This document shows positions 36,661-47,882 of a stretch of 64,000 nt of DNA, in pieces; position 1 is the first letter of the stretch; each line of letters begins with the position of its first letter. Source of the stretch: Macrostomum hystrix. Taxonomy: Eukaryota > Animalia > Platyhelminthes. The position numbers and the translations under genes are program-made. The DNA lies in the NCBI GenBank assembly GCA_950097015.1, contig CATNEN010000029.1, positions 7,316,001 to 7,380,000 on the forward strand, written 5' to 3'. The notes beneath the pieces were generated by a model. The model searched no databases, was not told the origin of the DNA, and saw nothing but the letters and a program-made list of their open reading frames with translations.

Positions 36661-37262
36661 TTTGATGAAACAAGAGAAATGTAATACAGAGCACATTGAA
36701 AAGTGACGCTCACAATGTCATCTAAAAAAATAGCAACGACAAAACCCAGCTCACTGGCCAATCAAATTTCAACCAGGTTAGTATTTTAACTAGTTGAAAG
36801 CCTGAGACAGTGTAACAGGCCTTTACAAACAATAGTCTATTAATCTTGACAAAATTCATAAGCCACACCAAACCCTACAGCTCCCTTCTACCAAAGTGTT
36901 CCTAGAAAGTGCACTTTACAAATAAATGAGAGCGTAACAGAAACGGAGGAGAGGCAGGCAGGAAGGAAGGAAGCGACAGACAACATGGGGACGGGAGAAT
37001 GCGAAAAAGGGAGATCGTTATAGTTGCTGCTTGGCTCCAGTGTGCCTGTGAGGATGTTGTGTGCTGTCTGTTTGTGATGCTCCTGCGCATTTCAGCCAGC
37101 CATTACAAGCATATAGTTTCCGCCGCTGTTCTGACAGCATTATTGAATATACGGACTAATTTTCCTTCTTTTATGTTTCACTCGTCTGGCTAGAAATGGC
37201 GAATCTGCTTTTTGCTTGCCCTCTGAGGACGAAAGCGCTTGAAGATTGATTCCAAATCTAAA

Positions 37263-37720
37263 CGAGTGAATCCTAGAGAGTGATTCTACAGGAGTTAATC
37301 TTAGAGAGTGATTCTACACGAGTGAATCCTAGAGAGTGATTCTACAGGAGTGAATCTTAGAGAGTGATTCTACACGAGTGAATCTTAGAGAGTGATTCTA
37401 CACGAGTGAATCTTAGAGAGTGATTCTACACGAGTGAATCTTAGAGAGTGATTCTACACGAGTGAATCTTAGAGAGTGATTCTACACGAGTGAATCTTAG
37501 AGAGTGATTCTACACGAGTGAATCTTAGAGAGTGATTCTACACGAGTGAATCTTAGAGAGTGATTCTACACGAGTGAATCTTAGAGAGTGATTCTACACG
37601 AGTGAATCTTAGAGAGTGATTCTACACGAGTGAATCTTAGAGAGTGATTCTACACGAGTGAATCTTAGAGAGTGATTCTACACGAGTGAATCTTAGAGAG
37701 TGATTCTAAACGAGTGAATC
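37263..37720. repeat. 28-bp minisatellite (GAGTGAATCTTAGAGAGTGATTCTACAC), ~16 copies
   Basis: Near-perfect tandem array; unit contains the inverted GAATC/GATTC pair. Confidence 0.96.
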
Positions 37721-38204
37721 TGAATTAGATCGATTAATTTCACCTGTTGTTCTTTGATTAGAATCACTTTATCAATATGACTATGTGGCAGAAACATATA
37801 AGGATATAAATGGTTGAAATGATGAAGACATGAAAATCTAATGGAATTCACTCGAGACGGACACGCAGACGCAGACACAAATCGAGCCCAATTTTCTGCT
37901 TGCCTCTCTCGTGCCGCTTCCGTGAAAATGTCGAAAAAAATTGACGTGTACTTTTAGACGAGATTACTATAGGCGCGCTGAGTTTTAGAAGAATGGGCAG
38001 AGAAGCGGGGCGACTGCGTAGAAACTCGTCGCTCTCTGTCATCCGGGAAGATTTCAGAATCCAATCTAGCCACCTCTTCATCTTCATCAATCTAATTTTT
38101 TTCTGAGTCTTTCATCACTTGGCAAGTAGCAGCTTTAGCAGTAAGTATGGAATCGACAACTAAAATCCTGCATACCTAGATGGCCAAGGAGAGTCCTAGC
38201 AACG

Positions 38205-39010
38205 ATAGTGGGCAAGAGACGAGACCAGATGAGACGTGAGACAGGGGAGAGATGGGATCGGGAAATAGGAGAGGGATTAGACATGCAGGTGCAGGTGAGA
38301 GATGCAGGTGAGAGATGACACGTGGGAGAGATGACACGTGGGAGAGATGAGATATAGGAGATATGCAGGGGAGAGATGAGGCAGGGGAGAGATGAGGCAG
38401 AGGAGAGATGAGGCAGAGGAGAGATGAGGCAGGGGAGAGATGAGACACGGGAGAGATGAGGCAGGGGAGAGATGCGACAGGGGAGAGATGGGATCGGGAG
38501 ATAGGAGAGGGATGAGACATGCAGGTGCAGGTGAGAGATGCAGGTGAGAGATGACACATGGGAGAGATGAGATATAGGAGATATGCAGGGGAGAGATGAG
38601 GCAGAGGAGAGATGAGGCAGGGGAGAGATGAGACACGGGAGAGATGAGGCAGGGGAGAGATGAGACAGGGGAGAGATGAGACACGGGAGAGATGAGGCAG
38701 GGGAGAGATGAGACAGGGGAGAGATGAGACACGGGAGAGATGAGGCAGGGGAGAGATGAGACAGGGGAGAGATGAGACAGGGGAGAGATGAGACACGGGA
38801 GAGATGAGGCAGGGGAGAGATGAGACAGGGGAGAGATGAGACACGGGAGAGATGAGGCAGGGGAGAGATGAGACACTGGAGAGATGAGACACAGGAGAGA
38901 TGAGACACAGGAGAGATGAGACAGGGGAGAGATGAGACAGGGGAGAGATTTGACGGGGTAGAGATGAGGCACAGAAGAGATGGACAGGGAGATATGAGAC
39001 AGGGAGACAG
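38205..39010. repeat. ~19-bp GA-rich minisatellite (GAGAGATGAGACAGGGG / GAGGCAGGG) with an internal ~240-bp duplication
   Basis: Block GGGATCGGG...GATATGCAGGG occurs twice (~38250 and ~38490). Confidence 0.9.
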
Positions 39011-40177
39011 AAGGCGGGGAAGGGATGAGTCAGATATCATATATATGGGATAGGGAGACTTCGTGTTTGAAGCGGCAACTAACGAGATAAATTTCTTTCA
39101 ACGAGTCAGCCTGACTCGGTGATTGTCTAATTTGCTCGCACGCTAATCTAAAAGGAAACTCACCTGCTCTGGTAGTCAGTTAGACTTTGATGGAAAGGCA
39201 ATTTATGAAATTTATGCACAGTAAAAATGCGTCGACTGACAATGGGGATTTTTTCCTTTGCTGTGTTTTTCTCTGCCGACTAGCCGGTAGCCACTGGCCT
39301 GCTTGCTACTCAGGAATTAAAGACGCTCTATCTACAGTAGCCAAGGCTGTTGGGATAAATAGTGTTGGGGAATTGGGGAATTGGGTGGGTAAGGAGTGAA
39401 TTTGGGAGGCCGGGGCCTTGGCTGCCATGCGGCTATATGCACATACGGCCTGGGGTTGGTGGGGAAGGGAGGATGGGGAGGATGGGGGGTCGGCTGTGGG
39501 ATGCCCATTGGTGGGATGGGAGCAGTGGATTAGCAGTGTGTGTGCGTGTGCGTGTGTGTGGTTTCCTCTTGGTGACAGCCACCAAAGTCCTTATTTCTGT
39601 TCTCTGTGGAGGGGTTGCCGACTGGGAACAAGCGCACGAAATCCTCTTTTCTCGTTACTCTTTTTCTCTTCTCCCAGCTCGCTACTTCCCCGTTAAGTCG
39701 TTGCGTTGCCTCTGGTTTTACAGCTTGACTGGGAGGGTGCATTTTTATAGCTGTAATAAAATGAGTGAGCTGAGGATGCGCAACCCATTTAAGATTCTTT
39801 TTATTTTTATTACCCACGCGGAGGTAATTAAGTTTCACCTGCTAGTTAAAAGGGGTGGAAATGGATACGTTAGAGTCCCCTAACGAAAGTACATTGATCT
39901 GTTGCACTGCTCAGATTTTAGATTGGTTCTCCATAAATAATAGACAGGATTATGCATGATAGCTCTTATAATCACCGCTAACGTACGGTGGCCAATCGAT
40001 GTGATGCTAGACCCACACGGGCATTCAAAATAATCTACTTATCTTTATATTTATTTGTATTAGATCGGTAAACAAATTTTGCATGGAATTTATGACAGAG
40101 TGCGAACTGTTAATCGCTTTTACTAAGGGTAAATGTCTCAGCATGCTCACACCTGTGCAACAGAGTGCAAACCTACA

Positions 40178-40509
40178 TGTTGTGACTTACACGTAAATTT
40201 AAGTGAGGCTTAAATAATGGTTGGTTGTTGGTGCGATTAGAAATCCTTGCGGCGGTCCGAGAGCCAGCGGGTCAAGAATATATAACCAGAAGTCTCGTAA
40301 CCAATTTTATTGATTTTATTATAGCGAGATAACAATGGGGGAGCTGAGCGTACATTGTGGAGAGAAAGATAAGAGACGAGCGATCGAGAGGGGTGGCGAA
40401 CACGGGGGGGGTTGAGGCGTACATTAGAGAAAAGGTGGGCAGGCAGCGAAGATACGAGTAATGCATGAGGGGGTCCAGTGCAGGCGCACTTCATGATAAT
40501 TTAGCGACA
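40178..40509 (-). repeat. 3' LTR of the BEL/Pao element
   Basis: Matches 46875-47206 at offset 6697; the spurious ORFs inside both LTRs translate identically. Confidence 0.97.
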
Positions 40510-40857
40510 CTCCCCGAAAAAAAAACGAATAGATGACAGGTGACAGGTAATTGATTAGTTACTCGTAAGTCGCGCGAATGAAAGAAAGGCAATAACTTTA
40601 ACAGTACATCATACATCAAACCACTTTAACAGTATATCATCCTCCCCCGAAAAAATACCAAAATTGACGATAATGAATTGGAGACGAATAAATTAATGAC
40701 AATAAATTTTCAAGCAAAAACTTTCGAAACCGCATCGACATTGAACATTCTTAGAGTGCAAACGTTTAGATGATGAAAAAAAAATATCTTATGTAGTGAA
40801 TTTTGAAATTACGCTCGACTTTTATAATTGAGATAACGAAAAAAAACTGAGGTGAGA

Positions 40858-43371
40858 TCACTCAGAGAACTCCAGGGGAACCAAGGCCTGAACCGGGCGT
40901 CTAATGCGCTCTGCCCCTCGGGAATCGGCAATCCGTGCAAGGCGAACCAATGCCGATCGACACACACCATCGCGACCACGAGACAACGACTCAACGACAC
41001 CTAGCTTCCACTTCAGCCGAGACTGGTGACGCTCACCTTCTACAAGCACCACTTCGCCGATCACCGGTTCACGAGAACCTTTGCAGACGATTGCAGATCT
41101 CTCTCTTAACGCTGTAGCGTAGACGTCTCTCCAGACTTTCCAGAAGTGAGTCAGAGCCGCGCGATGCAAGCTTAAACGTTTAGGGAGTGGCAGTACGACT
41201 TCATTCGGTGAATCAGGTTCTTTTGTGAGTCTTCGAAGAGTCAGAAAATGCGACGGAGTAATTATTTCATCAATGTCGTCTGATGGGACATACAGCAGAG
41301 GACGGCTGTTAATGATCGCTTCGACTTCAATGATCACAGTTGACAGCTGGTCCAACGTTAGCAGTAAGCGATTTAGTGTTTTTCGAAGCGCGAGCTTGAC
41401 GGATTTGACCAAGCGCTCCCAGAAGCCACCCCACCAAGGAGCTTTGGCAGGGATGAAGGACCAAGATATGCCTCTGGAGTTGCAGAAGTTTTGTATCTCG
41501 TCGTTGACACGGATGTCGAGGAGCTTAGCTGCGGATGTGAAAGTTCGCGCGTTGTCACTGATTATCGAAGGGAGACCTCTCCTGGCAACGAAGCGGCGCA
41601 GACCGTTGATAAACTGAGGCGTCGTCATGTCAGAGAGAGTCTCTAAATGTATGGCTCGGGTTGAGGAGCAGGTGAACAACAGGATGTATGCCTTCAGTCC
41701 TTCTTGAGCATTGTGCGCACGATAATACAGTGGTCCTGCAAGATCGAGGCCGACAGTCTGAAACGCACGGATGTCAGACAGACGAAAGCCAGGTAGAGGC
41801 GGAGTCTTGGCCACGGAAAAGGGAAGACCTTGGACTTTCTTGCAGATGACGCAGTGCTTTAGTTCCTGTTTCACACGCTGACGACCTTTTAATACCCAGT
41901 ACTTTTCTCGGATCTTACTGAGTGTGTCTCCAACTCCACCATGGCAAACAGCTTCGTGACAGTGAGTAATGATCAGCTGTTCGATTTGAGTATGACGCGG
42001 TAATAGAATTGGATTGTTAGTCTCGAAATGAAAGTCGGTGGACAGGCGACCTCGGCAGCGAAGGAGGCCATTATCGTCCAAGAAGAGGTTCAAATTTTTA
42101 TTGACCGATGTAGCTGTAGTCTGGTGACGTAAGTGTTCGATTTCTGGAGAAAAGTTCCTTCGCTGACTACTCAGAAGCCAGATACGTTCGGAATCACGCC
42201 ACTCATTTGCTGTGATCGATGGTAGCATGCAACTTTCCTCTTGATTGAGTGAAGCGCGGACATTGCTGATAAACCTTCGAACCCAGGCTGAAACTCGAAT
42301 CAACTTCTTCCAACTCGAAAACTGAGATGGATCAATAACTGCTTCAATAGATAATAATGATGTGTCAGTCGTATTTGGATGTTCTGCTGTTGGCGAGACG
42401 AATAATTGATGGCTGACATCAGGTGCAACGCAAGTGACAGCAAGGGACAGCTCCTTTTTCTGTCGTTCCAGTATCTCTGGTAGATCAACCGAAGTCAGAA
42501 ATTCTGGTCCTCGAAGCCATCTGTCATCACTTTGAAGTTTTTCGGGCAGACATCCTCGTGACGGCAAATCGGCCGGATTGTCATCGCCCGCAACGTGATG
42601 CCACTCAAACGGTGATGAAAGTCGTCGGATCTCACTGACCCTATTTTGCACAAAGAGCTTCCTTTGCTTGTTCTCATTCCTGATCCAGTGTAGTGTGTTC
42701 ATGCTGTCTGTCCAAAAGTGTCTACAGACGTTAGGATACTGCTGAGTTACGTGGCCCATCAGGCGAGACAAAATCAGAGCCCCTAGAAGTTCCAGTCTGG
42801 AGATTGACAGTGTCGATATTGGTGCTACGCGAGTCTTAGATAGTAAGAGTCTGGAGGAAGTTTTGTCCTCCGAGTAGAAAGCTACTGTGTAGATACAGGC
42901 AGCAAACGCTTTCTCACTGGCGTCACAGAACCCATGAAGCTCAATGCGAAGCGGACTCTGAGACGGTAAAAATAAGTAGCGAGGGACTTCTAGGTAGAAT
43001 GATGCGAGGGAGCGGAGCCATTGTGTCCACACTTCCTGAATGTCAATCGGAATAGTTTCATCCCAGGAGACTTTCCTAATTTGCAGCTGTTGCAGTAGGG
43101 ACTTGACGACAGTCATAGCTGGCGAGATGAGGCCGAGAGGATCGTAGAGTTTAGCTAAGAAAGCGAGCATGGAGCGTTTGGATGTTGCATCGCGTAGTGT
43201 GGCTTCAGCACAACAGCGAAAATCGAGTAGAAGCATGTCTCTTTTGGAGTCCCACGTCAGACCAAGCACCTTCTCAGCATGACCGACACCGTCTGGTGGC
43301 AGGATGGATAGGAACTCTTCAGAGTTAGATTGCCATTGTCTAATATTCATACCGGCCAGTCGAAACAGCTC
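40858..43371 (-). CDS. BEL/Pao pol C-terminal part: RT end, RNase H (Pao type), integrase
   Basis: ELHGFCDASEKAFAA, LSISRLELLGAL, WTDS, HVAGDDNPADLPSRG, HHCC zinc motif, GLDLAGP / SDNA / WWGGFWERLV. Same frame as the upstream ORF, separated only by TAA at 43372-43374. Confidence 0.95.
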   Translation of the reverse strand, partial: ELFRLAGMNIRQWQSNSEEFLSILPPDGVGHAEKVLGLTWDSKRDMLLLDFRCCAEATLRDATSKRSMLAFLAKLYDPLGLISPAMTVVKSLLQQLQIRKVSWDETIPIDIQEVWTQWLRSLASFYLEVPRYLFLPSQSPLRIELHGFCDASEKAFAACIYTVAFYSEDKTSSRLLLSKTRVAPISTLSISRLELLGALILSRLMGHVTQQYPNVCRHFWTDSMNTLHWIRNENKQRKLFVQNRVSEIRRLSSPFEWHHVAGDDNPADLPSRGCLPEKLQSDDRWLRGPEFLTSVDLPEILERQKKELSLAVTCVAPDVSHQLFVSPTAEHPNTTDTSLLSIEAVIDPSQFSSWKKLIRVSAWVRRFISNVRASLNQEESCMLPSITANEWRDSERIWLLSSQRRNFSPEIEHLRHQTTATSVNKNLNLFLDDNGLLRCRGRLSTDFHFETNNPILLPRHTQIEQLIITHCHEAVCHGGVGDTLSKIREKYWVLKGRQRVKQELKHCVICKKVQGLPFSVAKTPPLPGFRLSDIRAFQTVGLDLAGPLYYRAHNAQEGLKAYILLFTCSSTRAIHLETLSDMTTPQFINGLRRFVARRGLPSIISDNARTFTSAAKLLDIRVNDEIQNFCNSRGISWSFIPAKAPWWGGFWERLVKSVKLALRKTLNRLLLTLDQLSTVIIEVEAIINSRPLLYVPSDDIDEIITPSHFLTLRRLTKEPDSPNEVVLPLPKRLSLHRAALTHFWKVWRDVYATALRERSAIVCKGSREPVIGEVVLVEGERHQSRLKWKLGVVESLSRGRDGVCRSALVRLARIADSRGAERIRRPVQALVPLEFSE

Positions 43372-46326
43372 TTAAGCATCGTGGTAGAGAGTAGTAGCAG
43401 CCTTTACAGTGTCGCAGCTTGTTACGAGATTATCGACGTACATGTCGCGAGAGAGAATTTCAGCGCTTTTGACGAAGGCGGCTTGGTGATTCTTGAGATG
43501 TTGAAGGATGGTGACCTTCAAAAGAGCTGGCGAGCAGGTCAATCCGAATGGGACTCTGCAGAAACGGTAGTGAATCAGCTGATTGTGATTTGGTTCCGAA
43601 TCCCTTGACTGGACCCACAGGAAGCGCAAGAAGTCGCGATCTTCAAGTTCGATTCCGACTTGCAGAAAAGCCTTCTCGATATCGGCTAGGATTGCAATCG
43701 GATGCCACCGGAATCGGATTAATAGAGCTGGAATTTGGGGGAACTCTGTTGGTCCCACTTGCAGAAGATCGTTGATGGACAGATCATCTTTGTGCAGCTT
43801 GGCGGATCCATCGTAGACAACTCTGAGTTTTGTGAATTCACTGTTCGACTTCACGACGTAAGAATGCGGCAGGTAATGGACCGAAGTCAATGGTTTGCAT
43901 AAGTCGTCAGACGGAACTCTCTCAATGATTCCGGCCTGTTCCTGCTCTTCAATGATGTCCCTGTACTTCTTCAGGAGCTCAGGAAACTTATTCAACCGTT
44001 GCATTGTTGAACGAAGGCGACGGAAGGCGAGATCGAAGTGATTATCGAGAGAACGAGTGACTTCTAGCTGCTTCCAAGGTAGCTTAACGGAATACCTAGA
44101 TTCGAATAGTCGAGGAGCGCAATCAAACGAGCTTTCTTCTGGCTTTGTGTGTGGATCCGTGATTCCTAGAGTTTCTAGCTTCCAGAAGCTTGTTAGGTCA
44201 TCTTCCGTTTCCACTCGGACTGAGCAGCATAATGTTTGACCTGCTGTGCAAGCAGCGTTGTCTGATTGATCATATTCTTTAGTCAGGCAGTCGACAGTCA
44301 GTGGTCCACACAAAACGAAGCCGAGTTTCGTTTCCATAGCTACTGGACCGGAGGCACCACGGACTACATTGCCTGTGACGATTTGATAATATTGATCGGA
44401 TCCGACGAGGATGGAAATTGGCGTTGTAGCGTCACGTGGATCATAGGGGTCAGCAAGATCTAAGCCACCGAGATGTTCGTAACTGGTAACCATGACCGAA
44501 CGTTGTGGTTGGCATATATCTTTGACGATGCTGGCGTCGAGTCGTATTACTTGGGGTGAGTCAATTTTTCGAAGAGTCAGCGTGACTTTGCCCGAGTCGA
44601 CCACTGAGGTGTGGCCTGAGAAGGCTGATATCTGAAGTCGTTCGGAGTTCGTCGACTGGAGGCCGAGAAGCTGGCAAACATCTTCGCGGATATAGGTTCG
44701 ATTGCTACCAGTATCGAGCAACATGCGCACCATCAACTCGCGTTCACCTCCGGAGCTTAGCAGAATGGCCTTTGCGACAGGCAATACGACAGTTGGATTG
44801 CGCATAATGAACATTGGAAGAACTGCCTGTTGCTGCTGATGACTAGTCAGATTGGAGTCAGTTCGAGTTAGACACGTAGTACTGTGAGTTGTTTCATCTG
44901 CGATGTTTGTGATGTTTGGGTGGTCCTTGTGATGATCATCCTGTGAAGAAGGCTGAGAAGAGACAGTCAAACATCGGTCCTTTCGTGAGAGAACTTGAGG
45001 CGGATTCTTAGACTTTGTGATTGGACCGACCTTTGTGTTCGACTGATCAGTGGTAGCTGTACAAATGCTAGAGTGATGATTGCCAGAGCAGATTCGGCAG
45101 CAGCGGCGATCGCTACATGCCTTTGATAAGTGTCCGGTTCGAAGACACTTGAAGCAACGATCGGTTTTCTTTAAGAAGTTCATTCTAGAAGTTACAGAGG
45201 CCATTGTTGGGCATTTTTCAGAAATATGGGCGGAACCACAGTACGTACAGAACACTTTTACGGAGGCCGCTGGTCGAAAATCTGTCTGTATTTGACGGGA
45301 AGGTAAGGCTGTGGTCTTGTCTGAGACCAGAGTAGATGCAGAAGCGAGCTTAGGAATCGTTGAGGCGTTTGCTCCCTTTTCGAAGTCTCGAGGGCGGAGC
45401 TTCTGCGATGCAGTCATACCAGCAGCTTCTCGAAGGTTAATCTCGTTTTGTAGGCAATCTAGTAGAGCCTCAATGGAGTCAATCTCATTGCCCGCCAAGT
45501 TGGCTGAGCGGTGCAGTTCGAGTCGAAGTTCAGCTGGGCAGCGACGCAGCAGGGATGGAAGCAGCAGAGCCTCATACGACGATGAAGAGACACCTTGGTT
45601 ACTAAGATTTTGAGTGATCGCAGCTACATCATCGTGAAAGCGCTGCAACCCAATCAATGTGGTGTCAACAAGTTGAAGGTCGGACAATTGGGTCATTAAG
45701 TCACGAATAATAATCTCGGGCTTGCCATAGCGATCCTTAAGAGTACTTACTGCGGCACGATAATTTGACGAAGTAACGGAGAATCCTCGGATGCAAGAGC
45801 GAGCTGAATCCGAAAGACAGTCTAGCAGGTAATTGAATTTATCTATGTCAGACAGTGAGTTATTCGAATCGATCGAGGATGAAAACTGATCCCAGAATGT
45901 TTGCCAGGTTGCGACAGTACCATGAAAGGTAGGGATCTGACGCTTCGGCAGCCGGATGTTGGGCTCAGTTGACTTCTGTCCTAGAGCTGGACTGGTCCGC
46001 GTATCGAGTTGATATTTCGAGGAAAACCCTTCTAATAATTTGATTGTCTGCCGACATTTGAGAGAGTATTCTTGAATTGAATCCTGCTCTTCATCCAACG
46101 TCTCGTCTGGAATTCCAAATTCTAACTCCTCATCCATCTTTTCCAGCTGATTCATCTTGGCCTTTAAAATCTCCAACAGTGAGTCCGCTTCAGCTAATGT
46201 CTTAGCCGTCGATTTTCCACTCTTATCTAGAAGAGCTTCTGCCTTGCCGATTGCCTTCGTAATACTCGAACGAACAACAGCCCTTCGCCGAACTAGCTCA
46301 GAAATCTCCTCCTTGGACAACGACAT
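43372..46326 (-). CDS. BEL/Pao gag-protease-RT, ending at an in-frame TAA
   Basis: ATG at 46326; three CCHC knuckles (CTYCGSAH, CFKCLRTGH, CRICSGNHH), protease LLDTGS, RT LPH..VVK..KLRVVYDGS, ADIEKAFLQ, YVDN. Confidence 0.95.
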   Translation of the reverse strand: MSLSKEEISELVRRRAVVRSSITKAIGKAEALLDKSGKSTAKTLAEADSLLEILKAKMNQLEKMDEELEFGIPDETLDEEQDSIQEYSLKCRQTIKLLEGFSSKYQLDTRTSPALGQKSTEPNIRLPKRQIPTFHGTVATWQTFWDQFSSSIDSNNSLSDIDKFNYLLDCLSDSARSCIRGFSVTSSNYRAAVSTLKDRYGKPEIIIRDLMTQLSDLQLVDTTLIGLQRFHDDVAAITQNLSNQGVSSSSYEALLLPSLLRRCPAELRLELHRSANLAGNEIDSIEALLDCLQNEINLREAAGMTASQKLRPRDFEKGANASTIPKLASASTLVSDKTTALPSRQIQTDFRPAASVKVFCTYCGSAHISEKCPTMASVTSRMNFLKKTDRCFKCLRTGHLSKACSDRRCCRICSGNHHSSICTATTDQSNTKVGPITKSKNPPQVLSRKDRCLTVSSQPSSQDDHHKDHPNITNIADETTHSTTCLTRTDSNLTSHQQQQAVLPMFIMRNPTVVLPVAKAILLSSGGERELMVRMLLDTGSNRTYIREDVCQLLGLQSTNSERLQISAFSGHTSVVDSGKVTLTLRKIDSPQVIRLDASIVKDICQPQRSVMVTSYEHLGGLDLADPYDPRDATTPISILVGSDQYYQIVTGNVVRGASGPVAMETKLGFVLCGPLTVDCLTKEYDQSDNAACTAGQTLCCSVRVETEDDLTSFWKLETLGITDPHTKPEESSFDCAPRLFESRYSVKLPWKQLEVTRSLDNHFDLAFRRLRSTMQRLNKFPELLKKYRDIIEEQEQAGIIERVPSDDLCKPLTSVHYLPHSYVVKSNSEFTKLRVVYDGSAKLHKDDLSINDLLQVGPTEFPQIPALLIRFRWHPIAILADIEKAFLQVGIELEDRDFLRFLWVQSRDSEPNHNQLIHYRFCRVPFGLTCSPALLKVTILQHLKNHQAAFVKSAEILSRDMYVDNLVTSCDTVKAATTLYHDA

Positions 46327-46619
46327 GATGAAGCAACTCAAACGAGCTCGACCCTAGATGACCGATAAACGAAGGACAGAGCGCAGTCAACACCCGGGAT
46401 AAGCCAAGACCCTAGAGAAAATAGTCAACCAAAGAAGGGAGGAAGATGGTCCAATGGTACAATGAGCAAAAAAAACAAGAGTTGCTTTGAAATTGAACAG
46501 GAACTGAAAAAAATCGTACGGATAAGTCGGACAAGCTCACTACACAATCGACAGTCTGATGATGTAGTCCGGGAAGTACTGAAGTGTCCTGAGACCAGGA
46601 GCGAAACCGCCACGATAAG

Positions 46620-46850
46620 ACCGCGAGAGACTGACGAAATCGCGGCGAGACAGGCGAGGCGAGACCGCGACGAGACAGAGCCGAGATGACGAGACCGCGA
46701 CGAGACAACCGAGATGACGAGACCGCGACGAGACAACCGAGATGACGAGACCGCGAAGAGACAACCGAGATGACGAGACCGCGAAGAGACAGAAGAAAAC
46801 AACGACTAGACCGAGCCGAGACCACGAGACCGCGACGAGACGAGAAACAG
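46620..46850. repeat. ~28-bp tandem repeat in the 5' leader of the retrotransposon (GAGATGACGAGACCGCGACGAGACAACC)
   Basis: Four near-perfect units plus partial copies between PBS and gag. Confidence 0.85.
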
Positions 46851-46860
46851 CGTTTTAATT

Positions 46861-46874
46861 TAGTTCGGGCGCCA
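46861..46874 (-). promoter_or_regulatory. Primer-binding site, tRNA-Lys(UUU)-like
   Basis: TGGCGCCCGAAC directly follows the 5' LTR and is complementary to ...GUUCGGGCGCCA-3' (recalled tRNA-Lys3 end). Confidence 0.75.
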
Positions 46875-47206
46875 TGTTGTGACTTACACGTAAATTTAAG
46901 TGAGGCTTAAATAATGGTTGGTTGTTGGTGCGATTAGAAATCCTTGCGGCGGTCCGAGAGCCAGCGGGTCAAGAATATATAACCAGAAGTCTCGTAACCA
47001 ATTTTATTGATTTTATTATAGCGAGATAACAATGGGGGAGCTGAGCGTACATTGTGGAGAGAAAGATAAGAGACGAGCGATCGAGAGGGGTGGCGAACAC
47101 GGGGGGGGTTGAGGCGTACATTAGAGAAAAGGTGGGCAGGCAGCGAAGATACGAGTAATGCATGAGGGGGTCCAGTGCAGGCGCACTTCATGATAATTTA
47201 GCGACA
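46875..47206 (-). repeat. 5' LTR of the BEL/Pao element
   Basis: 332 bp, TG...CA, adjacent to the PBS. Confidence 0.97.
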
Positions 47207-47733
47207 CTACATGCTCACACCTGTGCAACAGAGTGCAAACCTACATGCTCACACCTGTGCAACAGAGTGCAAACCTACATGCTCACACCTGTGCAACAGA
47301 GTGCAAACCTACATGCTCACACCTGTGCAACAGAGTACAAACCTACATGCTCACACCTGTGCAACAGAGTGCAAACCTACATGCTCACACCTGTGCAACA
47401 GAGTGCAAACCTACATGCTTACACCTGTGCAACAGAGTGCAAACCTACATGCTCACACCTGTGCAACAGAGTGCAAACCTACATGCTCACACCTGTGCAA
47501 CAGAGTGCAAACCTACATGCTCACACCTGTGCAACAGAGTGCAAACCTACATGCTTCACCTGTGCAACAGAGTGCAAACCTACATGCTCACACCTGTGCA
47601 ACAGAGTGCAAACCTACATGCTCACACCTGTGCAACAGAGTGCAAACCTACATGCTCACACCTGTGCAACAGAGTGCAAACCTACATGCTTACACCTGTG
47701 CAACAGAGTGCAAACCTACATGCTTACACCTGT
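47207..47733. repeat. 34-bp minisatellite (CTACATGCTCACACCTGTGCAACAGAGTGCAAAC), target of the LTR insertion
   Basis: About 15 copies on the right of the element and one copy at ~40142-40177 on the left. Confidence 0.96.
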
Positions 47734-47882
47734 GAAATAGACTGCAGATCTATCCGTTCAGTTCGAATCATTCGATTTTAAACATGCGTGCGGTGCGATC
47801 TACAAAGACTAGAAAAAAACTATTCGCGGAATAATATTCAACAGCGTTTCTATTCTTCAGTACAGATTGAGCCAATTCAAGA

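Larger units (their letters stand above)
40178..47206 (-). mobile_element. Full-length BEL/Pao LTR retrotransposon, very recent insertion
   Basis: 332-bp LTRs at 40178-40509 and 46875-47206 (TGT...ACA, apparently identical); TSD CTACA at 40173-40177 and 47207-47211; PBS TGGCGCCCGAAC; short GGGGAG PPT; gag-PR-RT-RH-IN order with Pao motifs. Confidence 0.98.

Noticed and set aside
40510-40857. Possible env-like ORF between pol and the 3' LTR
   Set aside because: Only ~350 nt, AT-rich, with no ORF.
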